This document shows, piece by piece, positions 46,006-57,699 of a stretch of 64,000 nt of DNA. The stretch spans positions 1 to 64,000 of the forward strand of contig JAHDYR010000021.1 of the NCBI GenBank assembly GCA_019828565.1, given 5' to 3'. The stretch comes from Carpediemonas membranifera BICM (taxonomy: Eukaryota > Protista > Fornicata). The stretch's first letter is position 1; each line of letters starts with the position of its first letter. The notes below the pieces were generated by a model, which was given only the letters and a program-made list of their open reading frames with translations, ran no database searches and was not told the DNA's origin. Made by a program: the position numbers and the translations under genes.

Positions 46006-48363
46006 ATGAGAATAGCAGTCATTGGTGATGTTCACGGAGAATACTCCAAGGCGTATGATCATGTGGCTAAGCTAGAGAAGGAAGACGGAAAGCCCATCGA
46101 TCTGGTGATCATGTGCGGCGATTTGAAGACGATGCGCGATGAAGGCGACCTGGACACCCTCCAGGCCCCTGAGAAGTACCGCAAGACGAACGACTTCGTA
46201 GACTACTACTGGGGCAAGAAGACAGCGCCCTATTTCACGATCTGCATCTCCGGGAACCACGACAGCATGAACCACATCACCGCCCTCCCCTACGGCGGCT
46301 GGCTTGCCCCCAAGATGTACTACCTCGGCCGCTCCGCCTGTGTGACGTACAAGGGCCTCCGCATCGCCGGACTCAGCGGCATTTTCAAGCCGTACAGCAT
46401 TGATTTGCCCCTCCCTGGCCATGCCCCCTTCGACGAGTCCGACCTCATCTCCTCCTACCACCAGCGCACTGTGGACATGGAGAAGCTCGCCGGCCTTGAC
46501 CCTGTCGACATCTCGCTCAGTCATGATTGGCCCGCCCGCATCCTCATGACGCCAGGCGCCGATACTCGCAAAATAAGGTCTAATCTCGTCAAGGAGGACC
46601 GCATAGGCCACTTCGGCTCGCAATTCGCGGCTCAGATGATCAAGGATCTCTCTCCCGCGTACCACTTCTCCGGCCATCTTCACCACGAGTGGTCTGTGAA
46701 GACGGGCTCCACTCAGTTCATGGCGCTCGCCCAGGCGGACAAGAAGAACGACGCTGAGTTCGTCAAGGTCATCGACATCGAGCCCCGCGGTGGTGCCAAG
46801 GATACCGGCCTCGAGCTGGACGGTAAGTTCGTAGCGAACCTCACCAACGGCCACCACAGCGAAGCATACGTCGTGCCCACGAACACGTTCACACGCAAGC
46901 CTAAGGCAGACACCCGCGCCGTCGAGTACTTCGAGGAGCCCCACACCAAGCGCGTGGCCACCGCTCTCGGTCTGCCCCTGCCGACGCATAAGTCAAAGGT
47001 CGACGCCGCCTCGGACAAGAGAGCTAAGGTCCAGGAGAGCACGACCAAGCAGACCACGGAGCCCTTAGAGGGACTTGACAGGTGTGGTATGCTCATCCAG
47101 CTGGGCAGAGGTCTTTCGGCACGTGTCGTCGCCGCTATGGCCGAGCAGTTTAAGGCAAAGGGACTGGCGGTTGCATCGTTCTCATACGACGAGTTCTGCT
47201 TCAACCCAGCCAACCAGAACATCCCGAGCGACAGACGCGACGACACCTTCACCCGCGGTATCATTGAGGCCGCCTGGTCTGCCGATGTCGTCCTCATCGA
47301 CCACCCTGTGCCCGACGCCGACCGGGTCAACGCCTACCGCGAGATATTCCGGTCCCTCGGCACCCGGCTCATCGTCCTCCGCGCCACCCATCCGGTTTCC
47401 CTGCTCCCCGCCGCCGTCTTTTCGTGCACACGGACGGAGTACCGGTCCAAGGTCCTCGACGGGCTGAGTGAGCCCAATGTAGCCAGACACGTGGCGTCCG
47501 AGGTCGCTGTCATGGATGCGATCACTGCGCTCGAGCTCCCCATTGACGGTCACGACTCGGCTGAGAGACGGGCGGAGCTCGGCAAGGTCATGGAGGCCCT
47601 CTCCACAGGCGAGGAGGGCATCGGCGATGGACCCCGCCTGGCTAAACTTCTCGAGGCCAACGCAGACACTCCCGCCGAGCCCGCGGACCTGGCCTCTCTG
47701 ATCATCGCCAGAGCCCTGCCTGACCCCGTTGTCGCCCGGCTCGTGAAGCTCAGGCCGTTTGCCCCTGAGGCATGGCGTGAGCACCACCTATGGCCAATCA
47801 CTGCGAACATTCTGTTGCGGACGAAGATCGTGAAAATGACGATATGCCCCGCTGCTCTGCGGCATGTTGTCGGCTTCAACGGCACCACTACGCGCCGTAT
47901 CAACCGCCGGACCGGGTGCACTGTCACATTCCGTCAACTCGGCCGCACTGACAGCAAGGTGGTCCTCCGCATCGACGGCACCGACGCCGACAAGATCGAG
48001 GACGCCGTGACTATGATCGAGCGCGCCATCCACGGTTCAAAGCCGACCGACGACTTTACTCACGACGTGATGATCGTCCACGGGTTGACCAGCACGCGTC
48101 TCGGCTCCCTCCGGCTGTATACGGATCATCAAGAGTCTTTGGCCATGGATGCTCTCAAGGGCGTCAAGGCCATCCTCGGCGGGGCGACCGAACTCAAGGC
48201 GGGCGACCTCAGGATGCGGGTGAACAACTTGCTCTTTAAGAAGTCGATCGGCTTTGTAGCATCGAGCGGCGACTTTGACTCTGAGGAGAGGGTCAAGCCC
48301 GCGGCTGTCGTGCTCCGCGGGTCGAGGGACTACCACATGACGGTGCGGTTCGACCTGCAGTAA
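46006..48363 (+). CDS. DBR1: RNA lariat debranching enzyme Dbr1 with a long C-terminal extension including a KH domain
   Basis: MRIAVIGDVHG, CGD, PEKYRK..DFVDYYWGKK, GNHD, LPYGGWLAP, SHDWP, GHLH; KH GxxG motif VVGFNGTTTRRI. Confidence 0.85.
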   Translation: MRIAVIGDVHGEYSKAYDHVAKLEKEDGKPIDLVIMCGDLKTMRDEGDLDTLQAPEKYRKTNDFVDYYWGKKTAPYFTICISGNHDSMNHITALPYGGWLAPKMYYLGRSACVTYKGLRIAGLSGIFKPYSIDLPLPGHAPFDESDLISSYHQRTVDMEKLAGLDPVDISLSHDWPARILMTPGADTRKIRSNLVKEDRIGHFGSQFAAQMIKDLSPAYHFSGHLHHEWSVKTGSTQFMALAQADKKNDAEFVKVIDIEPRGGAKDTGLELDGKFVANLTNGHHSEAYVVPTNTFTRKPKADTRAVEYFEEPHTKRVATALGLPLPTHKSKVDAASDKRAKVQESTTKQTTEPLEGLDRCGMLIQLGRGLSARVVAAMAEQFKAKGLAVASFSYDEFCFNPANQNIPSDRRDDTFTRGIIEAAWSADVVLIDHPVPDADRVNAYREIFRSLGTRLIVLRATHPVSLLPAAVFSCTRTEYRSKVLDGLSEPNVARHVASEVAVMDAITALELPIDGHDSAERRAELGKVMEALSTGEEGIGDGPRLAKLLEANADTPAEPADLASLIIARALPDPVVARLVKLRPFAPEAWREHHLWPITANILLRTKIVKMTICPAALRHVVGFNGTTTRRINRRTGCTVTFRQLGRTDSKVVLRIDGTDADKIEDAVTMIERAIHGSKPTDDFTHDVMIVHGLTSTRLGSLRLYTDHQESLAMDALKGVKAILGGATELKAGDLRMRVNNLLFKKSIGFVASSGDFDSEERVKPAAVVLRGSRDYHMTVRFDLQ

Positions 48364-48398
48364 ACATTTCCGGATGGTGGAGTTGGATGTGGTGTCGT

Positions 48399-48696
48399 TT
48401 ATGCCTTTTCACGCTCGACGGCGAGCTTGACGCCAACTGTATCGGTCTCCTTCTCCTTTGTCATCTTGTCCTTCAGTTCCTTTGCCTGCGTTGGAAGTTG
48501 AAGAGTGAACATACCTTGTCTGAAACAGTCTCCTTGGCGTCTTTCGTCTGAATGAGTTGGAATGTGGTCACAAACGCGGTCAACGATCTCATCCTTGGCG
48601 TCCTTGGCCTGTGTGAGTGAGATTTTCTGGTCATACGGCGTCCTTAACATCATCCTTGATGTCCTTGAGGTGATCAGTAACGGAATCCTTGCCCAT
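48399..48696 (-). CDS. 70-aa LEA group 3-like hydrophilin; 4 exons, introns 48609-48636, 48548-48575 and 48486-48514
   Basis: Three GT..AG introns of 28-29 nt give MGKDSVTDHLKDIKDDVKDA-AKDAKDEIVDR-TKDAKETVSDK-AKELKDKMTKEKETDTVGVKLAVEREKA. Confidence 0.75.
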
Positions 48697-48820
48697 TTGC
48701 TTTGTTGTGTGGTTTGTACCTGGCCATGACATGCATTACAGCTGTCAGCTGCCATGACATGTGAATGAATGATGATCGTAATACGCAGGAGTAGCGGAGC
48801 AGGACAGCGATGACAGCGAC

Positions 48821-49436
48821 GAGGAGGAGGACAGCGATGGGAGTGAGGCGCCAGCTGAGCCCGCCGAGGAGCCCGAGGCCGTCGACCTGTTTGACCGCAA
48901 CAGATGCCGCCGCAGCCGCCAGCTGACCGCCACGCGGGACTGGACCGTCGAGCTCATCACACGCGACACAGACCAACCAAAGACCGCTCAGAAGATGAAG
49001 GGGCGTGTGAGATACCCGGCCGCGCTCGAGCTCCCGGACACGCTCGTCGTCGCCCCACTCTCCGTGGTCGGCTTCCTGCGCTACAGCATGGGCTCTGTCC
49101 ACCGCGAGCGGTTCTCCCTGAGCGCGGGCAAGCTGACGCATGATGACCTCATTCCCGAGTCTCCAGAGGACTCGACGGCCCTTGTGTCCAGCATCTCCGA
49201 CCAGGTCGGGTTTACCGCGGACATCGGCGACTTCGAGTGGGTCTTCGTGCAGTCTGACTTCGACAAGATGCTGCGGTCTGCTGCTGTCGAGAGTGGGCAA
49301 GTTGTGCTGCCCAAGAGCCTCGCGAGGAGTCACCTCGCCGTGTATTTCAAGCCCAAGCGGTAGGCTGACCAGTAAAGTCGCTAGCCCGGCCGACGGCTGA
49401 TCGAGACCTGTCTCTGAGGCCCTTGGGATCGGTATG
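48821..49436 (+). pseudogene. Duplicated 3' fragment of the PHD gene (inverted copy of 22309-22922)
   Basis: Essentially identical reverse complement; lacks the 5' part of the gene. Confidence 0.9.
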
Positions 49437-49553
49437 GAGCGGTAGACCCTGGATGTCTCGGATAACGCGAGTTCTCGAAATTGTTGCTGCTCCCACTGGC
49501 AGTCGGATCCTGCTGGCGCTCGACCATGGGCTCATGCGTTGTAAACAAAACTA

Positions 49554-52500
49554 CTGTCTAGAGCCACTGTCCTGCGTCACTGTGCAGTTCCTGGGCTGGC
49601 ACGGCGTCGACTCACCCCTGACCAGCGCATTCACTTCGATGTCTTTGTCGAGTTATCGAGGCAAGCGATGGAGCGACGATGCCCAAGGTTCGCGGTTTCC
49701 AGCGATTCTCACACAGATGGTGTGTAGCAACAGCAGCAACACTACTGCATCGCGATTCCTTTACACAGCACGCCTGACGCGTTTGATCAGCCAATTCCGT
49801 GATTACACAGCCAGTGGTACGTATTGAGGCCGCATTCTCACGCAGCAAGGACTGCAGAGCAGTAGATGTACAGATCCGCACCGCAAGAGCTGAGCGCCCC
49901 GGCCCCGAGGGCATCCAGATCCGCAAGCGAGGCGTCACACCAATCACCGTCCAGGACCTCGAGCAGGTCATCCAGTACCTACTCAGCGAGAGTATAGAAC
50001 CCGAGACTCTGACGATAGAGCTCATTGAGCCCGCTGTTACCGTCACGATGGTCGATGGCAGACTCGAGGCCGACCATGACGATGTCCAGGTTGAGTTCGC
50101 ACTCGAGGCATGGAACACGCGGCCCGCAAGTGAAATTGGAAAGGATACGTGTATTAGGACACTGACTGGGCACATATACGCACTGTTCGGTGTCGCCACT
50201 GCCCCCGACGGCACCATCATCACTTCATCAGATGATGGCACAATCAAGCAGTGGGACTCGGCCACTGGTCGTTGTATCAGGACCATGAAACTTAGAAATG
50301 AAGCTTTTATGATGCCGTGTCGCCGGACGGGTCGACCATCGCATATGGTGGCGATGACGGTCTCATCAAACTCTGGAACGTAGCCACAGGTCGGGTGACT
50401 AAGACCCAAAGCGGGCACACTGATGTTGTGCACTGTGTTGCATTCTCGTCCGATGGCCGCACCCTGGTCTCCGGATCGTATGACAAAACCGCCAAGGTCT
50501 GGGACGTCGAGACAGGGCAGTGCAGGCTGACACTAACAGGGCATAATAATTCCGTGCATGGCGTGGCCATCTCCCCTGATGGCTCGACCATTTGCACTGG
50601 AAGTGTTGACGGCACGATCAACCAATGGAGCACCACTACTGGCGAATGCATCAGGACCATGAACCATGGCAACCCAGTCTGTAACGTTGCGTTATCACCA
50701 AGCGGCACCATCATCGCATCCGGAGACAATGTTGGCTTCATCAAGTTCTGGGACTCCGCAACCGACCAGCTGACTCGGACCCTTGATGGGCACACCGATA
50801 TTGTGTGGAGCCTCGCCTTCTCCCCCGACGGCAGGACTCTGGTGTCTGGGTCTGGCGACAACACCATCATGCAGTGGGACGTCGCGACCGGGGCGCTGAT
50901 CAGGACGTTTTCGGGGCACGATGGCGGGGTGAATGGTGTCGCGTTCTCCAGAGACGGCACCACGATCGTGTCTGGATCCAGCGACACGACAGCCAAGGTC
51001 TGGAGCGCACTCACCCGCACCCCCCAGTTCCTGGCCACCGTCAACCAGCTCTGCTCCAGCCCAGTCGCCCCCGACGCCGACATCGCCATCGACCCTGACG
51101 GCTCAGAAGTACTCATCAGCGACACCGCTCGCATCCTCCTCCACTTCCTCGCCACTGGTCTGCCCCGCTCCTTCACGATGACGCTGACCCGCCCCGCCGC
51201 CAGAGTCTGGCTGGAGGACAAGTTCGCCAAGATAGACTCCAAGGACGCCGAGCTGGCCAAGCTCATCAAGCTCTTCAACGAATGCAGGTGCGACCAGATT
51301 GTTGCCGACTTCTGCTCGGGCGCCGTCTCGGACGTTGTCCTGGTTGACGCGACTATCGGCCAGCTGAGGCAGGTCGTCTCTCGCGTGGCCTCATCGCAGG
51401 TCGCCCCACGAGATCTCCGCATCGCCATGGCCGCCCCGATTTCGTCCATGATCAGAATGGCGGGTGGACTGTTTGTGGCCGAAGGTCCGCATAATGATGC
51501 CGTTGACGCAATCACATCACAGGCGAACTGCAAGCTTTGGAGTGAGAGGTTGGATGTGAGTCACGATGAGAACGCCAGTCTCCGGGCAGAACTATCTAAG
51601 GCGAGGACCACCATTTCGTCTCTCCAGGCCATCATGACCTTCGCCGCTGCCGACAAGGCTGCTGGGCTGAGCGCCACGCTCGAGGGCCACCCCCTGCTCT
51701 CGGTCGCCATGCCAACACCTGACACTGACGACACTCCGTCGCCCGCTGGTCTCATCAGCCGACTCGGCCCGGCCAGACGCCACCCAGAGACCCGCATCGC
51801 CGAGTACGAGGCGGTCATCGCCCAGGCCAGGGCCGGGGTCGAGGCGCTCGAGGCCAGGATCGCCGCTGTCAGCGCTGCCTACCAGGCGGCCTCGGCCATC
51901 GTCGACGGCGCCGCCGCCTTCGAGTCTCTCCCCTCGCTCGACGAGATGGCCCGCATGCTCGAGGCCGCTGACAACGAGGTCGTCGACTTCCCCACCCTCG
52001 CGCCCGAGCTGCAGGCCAGGTACGCCACGCTCCGCGCCTTCCTCCAGCCGGCCGTCCGCGTGACGTGGCAGTGTGCCCTCAGTCGGAAGGAGCTTGGCGA
52101 GGACACGAGCGCTGAGGAGCGCACCATTCGCCAGTTGACTGGCCTGGCCGCCGAGGCTGAGGTCCACCTGGCTGGGTTCGCCGAGGCCGACGCCATCACT
52201 GCGCAGCTCCGGTCGCTGGGCGACTACCAGCACCTGAAGAGCAAGGCCGAAGATCTCGAAGAGGATGTCGACTTCTTCAGCAGGAAACGCAAACACGGCG
52301 TCGGCAAGCTTGACGAAGCGCAGAAGGAACTAGACTCCGTCAAAGTCAAGCTGGCACACATGAAGGATGTTCTTTCCCGCCGCACGCCGCAGCTCGTCCG
52401 GCTCTGCCCCGAGCTGGAGGCCCTCACCGCGCCGTCGGCCAGCCTCTTTGCCGAGCTGCGCGAGATGGGGCTGGCCCACCTCATGGACCTCCCCGAGATG

Positions 52501-52862
52501 CGCGCCGACCTGTCGCTGTCCGACTTCGCCGTCGAGTCGACCGTCAGCGAGAACAGAGCGCTGTGCCAGATCGTGACCCGCGACGGCCAGACCTTCTTCG
52601 CCAAGACCTTCAAGCTCGACACCGAGCACCATCGCAAGCTCTGCGACCGCGAGGCGGGCATCCTGTCGCGCATGACGCACAGCCCCGCTGCGCCCAAGCT
52701 GCACTTCGTCCTCGTCGACAGCGCCGAGCAGACCTGCACGATCGTCATGGAGCGCCTCGAGCGCCATCTGCGCGACGCCCCAGCCGACTCGCCCGACAGC
52801 CTGCGCAGACTGCTCCACGGCCTGCTCACCGCGATCCACGACCTGCACAGCGCGGGCGTCTG

Positions 52863-52895
<33 letters not shown>

Positions 52896-54805
52896 GCGCG
52901 AGGGCCACCCCGTGCTCGTCGACTTCGAGACGGCCTCGAACATGGACGCCGTGAACGCGACCGCGACCGGAGTCAACATCGGCACGCTCGCCTTCAGCGC
53001 GCCCGAGGAGATCGCCGCGCGCAATGCAGGGAAGAAGCTGAAGCATCGCGAGCAGCAGGCAGCCGATGTCTACCACGCGGGCCTGACGATGCTGGCGCTG
53101 ATGACGAAGGACTATACGGATTTCTGCAGGGACATCCTCTCTCTCAGCAACAACAGGGACTTGCTCGAGAGTTCGACCGCCAACGACGACACTCTCTGCG
53201 CCGCCCTGCTCGCCACTGTTGCCGTCCCCGACGCCCTGCGCGACGTGCTCTCCGGCATGCTCGCCACCCACCCCGAGGCCCGCTGGTCCGTCCGCCGCGC
53301 CCTGGCCGACGGCCTCTTCGCTGCCGCTGCCAACGAGCTGGACCCTGAGGTCGACCTCAACGCGGCGAGCAGCAGGTTCGCGAACGCCCACGCCTTCGTC
53401 GACGACATCGACCGCGTGCGCCTGCAGATGTTCCGCGAGGACCCGGTCGACATCGCCCTCGCTGACGACGTTTCGGCGAGCCTGGCCAGCATCGCCGCGT
53501 GCGAGGAGGACCTGTTCGCCATCCCCGCGACGCTCTCGGGCGACGACGCCGCGAAGGCCCTGCCCGACCTGGTCGTCGAGCTGCCGCGCGTGGCCGTCCG
53601 CCAGGCCGTCGGGGGCATGGAGTTACCTGTGCCCATCTTCCGCGAGGGCACGCTGGTCTTCACGCCCGACGCCCTCGACATGCCGCTCGACGACCTGCGC
53701 CCGGTCCTGCTGGGGCTCGGCCGCGTGCTGCAGCTCATGCTGCTCGACGGCATCACCCTGCCCGCGGACATGGTCAGCGACGCCTGGCTCGTCGCGCTCA
53801 CGGGCGGCCGCGTCGACCTGGGAGCGCTGATGCCCATCGTCGCCCGGGCGCTGCAGCGGTCTGTTGCGGAGGCTGCGGCCGCGTGTCCGCTCGAGGGCTT
53901 CGAGGGCGACCTCAAGGCGTACGGCGACGAGGTGAGACGCCGCTTCGCCGAGCGCATGCAGATCGTCCGCAACGGCATGGCCGCGAAGACGCGCTTCAGC
54001 GAGAAGGTCCTCGCGCTGACGGCCGCCCAGCTGCGGGCCCTGCTTGTGCGCCCCAACCCGCTCACGGTCGACGCCGTGCTCGCCCCGCTGCGCTTCCCCG
54101 CGGACAGCCAGGGCGTGCAGGACGCCCTCCGCGCCGTGCTCGAGGACGACGAGACGCGCCGCCGCTTCGCCTTCCACGTGTTCGGCGGCCAGTTCCCCCA
54201 GCCCGGCTCCGTCGGCGTGACCCTCCACGACCACCACCGCGTGTACGCCGACTGCACGGGCGCCGCCCGCCTCCCTCGTCTGGAGGACGCCGACCAGATG
54301 CGCCAGGCGGTGCTCGACTCGGCCCCTGCCGCAGCAGGCGCGGCAGTCGACTTCTACGTCATCCCGCGGCGCCAGCAGGCATACTCGCGCGCCGAGATCA
54401 GGACGCTCGTCGAGCAGAACGACATCCTGCAGACGTGCCGCCTGGTCACGCTCGGCAGAGGCGCCGCTGTGGACGTCCCCGTCATCCGCCGCTGCCCCAC
54501 GTGCGGCGAGCTGACCTCGCGCGAAGGCGACCTGGACAGCTGCAAGATGTCGAAGTGCCCGTGCGGCCAGGACTTCTGCCACAAGTGCCTGCTCCGCGTG
54601 GCCAACCATCGAGAGCACAATGCCCACTACGGCGGCCAGTGCGAGATGGCGCCGTGCCAGACAGTCGACCTGCCCGAGGGCGTCGCGAGGCAGCGCACCG
54701 TCACGCGCCCCCACTGCCATCGGTCGGCCACAGTCAGCGCGAACCGGAGGCAGGTCACGTGCCGCGGGTGCAGCCGGACCATTGACGCGAGAGCTGTGTA
54801 AAGTT
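49554..54805. repeat. Arm B of the inverted duplication
   Basis: Reverse complement of 29380-34629 with a few divergent patches. Confidence 0.95.
49799..54801 (+). CDS. WD40-kinase-HECT-like-IBR/RING2-like protein (copy 2); 1-nt frameshift in the T-run at ~50308
   Basis: Same domains as copy 1; T4 here versus T5 in copy 1. Confidence 0.82.
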
Positions 54806-55085
54806 GTTTGTTCCCCCTCCGGCCACGTCCTGCAGGTAGATGCGCGTGGGCATGATGTCAGGGTGGACTGTGGTCCAGAACGTCGGGCCCTCGTCGACGT
54901 GGACCAGATCGTCCAGATCGCAGAATATCATCTTCTGGTCGGTAGCGAACTGTTCTTGCTCGTCGTTGACGAAGAGCGAGAACTCGTTGTCCGTCTGGAT
55001 AATGCAATCGGCCCGGAATGGCAGGTCCGCGAAGAACGACGCACGCCCTTCCAGCAGAACTGCAGACTTGTCGTATCCACGCCGT
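54806..55085 (-). pseudogene. C-terminal remnant of an RCC1-like family gene
   Basis: FADLPFRADCIIQTDNEFSLF...IFCDLDDLVHVDEG resembles FVYLPFRVDRIIQ...FFCDIATLVWINE of the 11346-12931 gene. Confidence 0.55.
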
Positions 55086-55196
55086 TTACTGCGGTTTGCC
55101 TGACTTCCCTTCTACCATCAGCGTGCAAGGCCACCCAAACACAGGCCTTCCTCGATCTAAACAGTGTTCATTTTGTACTTTATCTGTCAGCACGGC

Positions 55197-55351
55197 TTAC
55201 TCGGTGGTTTCGCCACTCTCAGAGGACTTCTTCCTAGTGACCTGTGTCAGTATGGTGGTGGTGTACTTGCCTTGTTCTTCAGCTTACGCGCCTTATCCTT
55301 GGTCTTGTCCTTGGCGCTCTTGACGCGCTCACTCATCGATTTCTTAGGCAT
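55197..55351 (-). CDS. 41-aa basic hydrophilin/LEA-like peptide with a putative GC-AG intron (55242-55270)
   Basis: MPKKSMSERVKSAKDKTKDKARKLKNK|VTRKKSSESGETTE parallels DKAKELKDKMTKEK of 48399-48696. Confidence 0.5.
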
Positions 55352-55704
55352 TGCTTGTTCTTGTCTGTTGTGTCGAAGTGCATTCGCAGAAAGCACTAGT
55401 AGAATCCGGAAATAGTGGGTTTGTTTGCGAACTGTGCTGACTACAGCATACTTTGAAGGAATGGATACTTTGCAAAATTCGTAGAGCGATGTGACAAGGA
55501 AATGAGCGAATAGTGGCAGTTGGAGGGTGGCATGAGCCACACCAGCAGCCGCGTGTCGACACTTGGCCTTGCAGCCCCCACAATAAGTATCAGTGGGCGC
55601 ATGCCTGCCATTACATGCCAGTTGTGAAGGTCCAGCCGGCCAGACATCCCAACCAAGAAACAAGGCCAAGCCAACTTCCAATCTATTTTACAACAGTCAT
55701 GCCC

Positions 55705-56874
55705 CTAGAAGCACTTCCGCGTGATGATGTTCTGGATGGGCCCGAGCAGCCTGTAGAACGAGGACCTGTCGAGCGACACGCACTTCACCGCAGTCACAGC
55801 AGTTACGGTCGCATTCCTCGGCTGCTGCGAGATCAGCGCAGCCTCACCGAAGAAGTTGTTCTCCTCAAGCTGTGCGAGGACCTGGGCCTCACCATCCATG
55901 GTCCGGGTCACCTCGACTGTGCCGCGCTCGATAAAGTAGAAAGCGTCGCCGACCTCGCCCTCCCTGATGATCACGTCGCCCTCGCCGTACTCCACGGAGA
56001 CCAGGGCGTCTGATATGGTCGACCGCTCGGACGGGGTGAGGTTGGAGAGCACGGGGACCTGACCAAGGAAGCCCTCGTACTTCGACCGGCGCTCCTTGAC
56101 AGTGTCCTGGACCATCGCCTGGTACATGTGGCCCTCGATCGCCCAGAGTCGGCACGGCGTCTTTGCTACAATCGTGGCAGCTCTAGGGGCGGCATACATC
56201 AATGCGAGCTCGCCGAAAGAGTCGCCAGGCACGGGGCGGTAGACCATCGTACCGAAGTCGGTCGTATTGTTAGCTGGAGCGGGCTCCTGGGCGTCGGGGT
56301 CGAGCTCAGACTCGGAGTCCTCGGCGGTCGTCTCTTCAGTCCTCTTGGCGACGAAGATCTCGCACTCGCCTGACTCCAGAATGTAGAACATGTCGCCGAA
56401 CTCTCCCTGGCGGATGATGACCTCGTCCTCGGCGGCCTCGACCATGTGCATGTACTCGGCAATCTCCTGGCGCTGCTCGGCATCGAGGAAGGAGGAGAGG
56501 CAGTTCCGCATGAGGGCCTTGTCGATCATCTGCATCTGCTCGTCGGACTTGGGCACCTTCTCGCGGGCCTTGGTCTCTTCATCGTCGTCCTTCGTGCGTG
56601 TGGGGCCCGAGACGGCGCCACGGCGCTGACGGGGGCGAGGCTTGTGTGTATCGGCTATAATGACATCTACACCCTCATCATCGTCGGACTTGTTGCCGTC
56701 CTCGATCAATTCGGACATGAATAGCTCATTGAGCTGCTCGATCAGGAAACTGACAACATTGCGGGGCCGGTTCTCAATCACCTTGCCCATTAACATCTGG
56801 AAAATGCGTTCCACTTCCATTTGCTCCAAGTAGTGCTCGACATCCGCTCTAGAAAAGCTTTCTGCTTCGTTCAT
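55705..56874 (-). CDS. cAMP-dependent protein kinase regulatory subunit
   Basis: N-terminal D/D domain, RRGAVS pseudosubstrate, two cNMP domains (FGELALMYAAPRAAT and FGEAALISQQPRNAT). Confidence 0.95.
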   Translation of the reverse strand: MNEAESFSRADVEHYLEQMEVERIFQMLMGKVIENRPRNVVSFLIEQLNELFMSELIEDGNKSDDDEGVDVIIADTHKPRPRQRRGAVSGPTRTKDDDEETKAREKVPKSDEQMQMIDKALMRNCLSSFLDAEQRQEIAEYMHMVEAAEDEVIIRQGEFGDMFYILESGECEIFVAKRTEETTAEDSESELDPDAQEPAPANNTTDFGTMVYRPVPGDSFGELALMYAAPRAATIVAKTPCRLWAIEGHMYQAMVQDTVKERRSKYEGFLGQVPVLSNLTPSERSTISDALVSVEYGEGDVIIREGEVGDAFYFIERGTVEVTRTMDGEAQVLAQLEENNFFGEAALISQQPRNATVTAVTAVKCVSLDRSSFYRLLGPIQNIITRKCF

Positions 56875-57428
56875 CGCGGCAAGACGTGTTTAGAAACAGC
56901 GACTGCCGCAAGAGTCAAATCGGGTTCGGCAGCACTGGTGGTCGGGGATGCCCTCCTGCTGACCTAGGTCCGTCCCAATTAAGTAAATCCTGTGAATTTC
57001 TACAGCTGTGTTCATGACAGCGTCAAGACCCGTGCCCGATGCCGCTACCCCAGGCGTGCGGCCATACATTGGCCGTGAACCCGTTAACCCGTGCTATGAA
57101 GTTTTCATGACGCTAGTGACATTGTTCACTGCGACCTTAGCTACTAACGAGGATGCGGGCCCACAATCAATAATCCGGCATGGTGCTTTATGATATTGGA
57201 ACAACGCTTGAGTCTATATGGGTCCTCGGCTGCCTGTTGCTGATGGGTGGGGCCACCACAGTCGCCGTGCATATGCTTGTCTGGTGAAGACGGCGGGTGG
57301 GCCGAATGCGAGGCGTGAAAGTTGTACATGATGGATACACGGGATAAATATGAATAGTCCAGGGTTTATATGTCGGGTGACGGGCCTGTTGAGGCAGGTC
57401 AGACTTGGAGAAACAGGGATTGTGGAAC

Positions 57429-57662
57429 TCACAGAAGAGCAAAGTCTGCGGTCCAATCCCGGAACTGGATCTCCTTATCTGCGAAGGAAACAATATACTC
57501 CACGGATGGGAGCTTATCTCTGCGCAGGAGGGACTTAACGGCCTCAAAGCGAGAACTCGACGTGTCGAAGGCCTCGAACGCTCTATCCACGGTACGAAGC
57601 GCATTGCGTCGAATAGCAAGATCTTCCCTTGTCCAAACCATCTCAGTGCTCTTCTTCGCCAT
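57429..57662 (-). CDS. Small hypothetical protein downstream of the Fanzor (MAKKSTEM...), possibly spliced further
   Basis: ORF preceded by a 16-bp motif also found in the Fanzor 5' region; possible GTGAGT donor at its end. Confidence 0.35.
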   Translation of the reverse strand: MAKKSTEMVWTREDLAIRRNALRTVDRAFEAFDTSSSRFEAVKSLLRRDKLPSVEYIVSFADKEIQFRDWTADFALL

Positions 57663-57699
57663 GTTTTGAAGACTGTGTCCGCGCAGGATTAGAATACTT

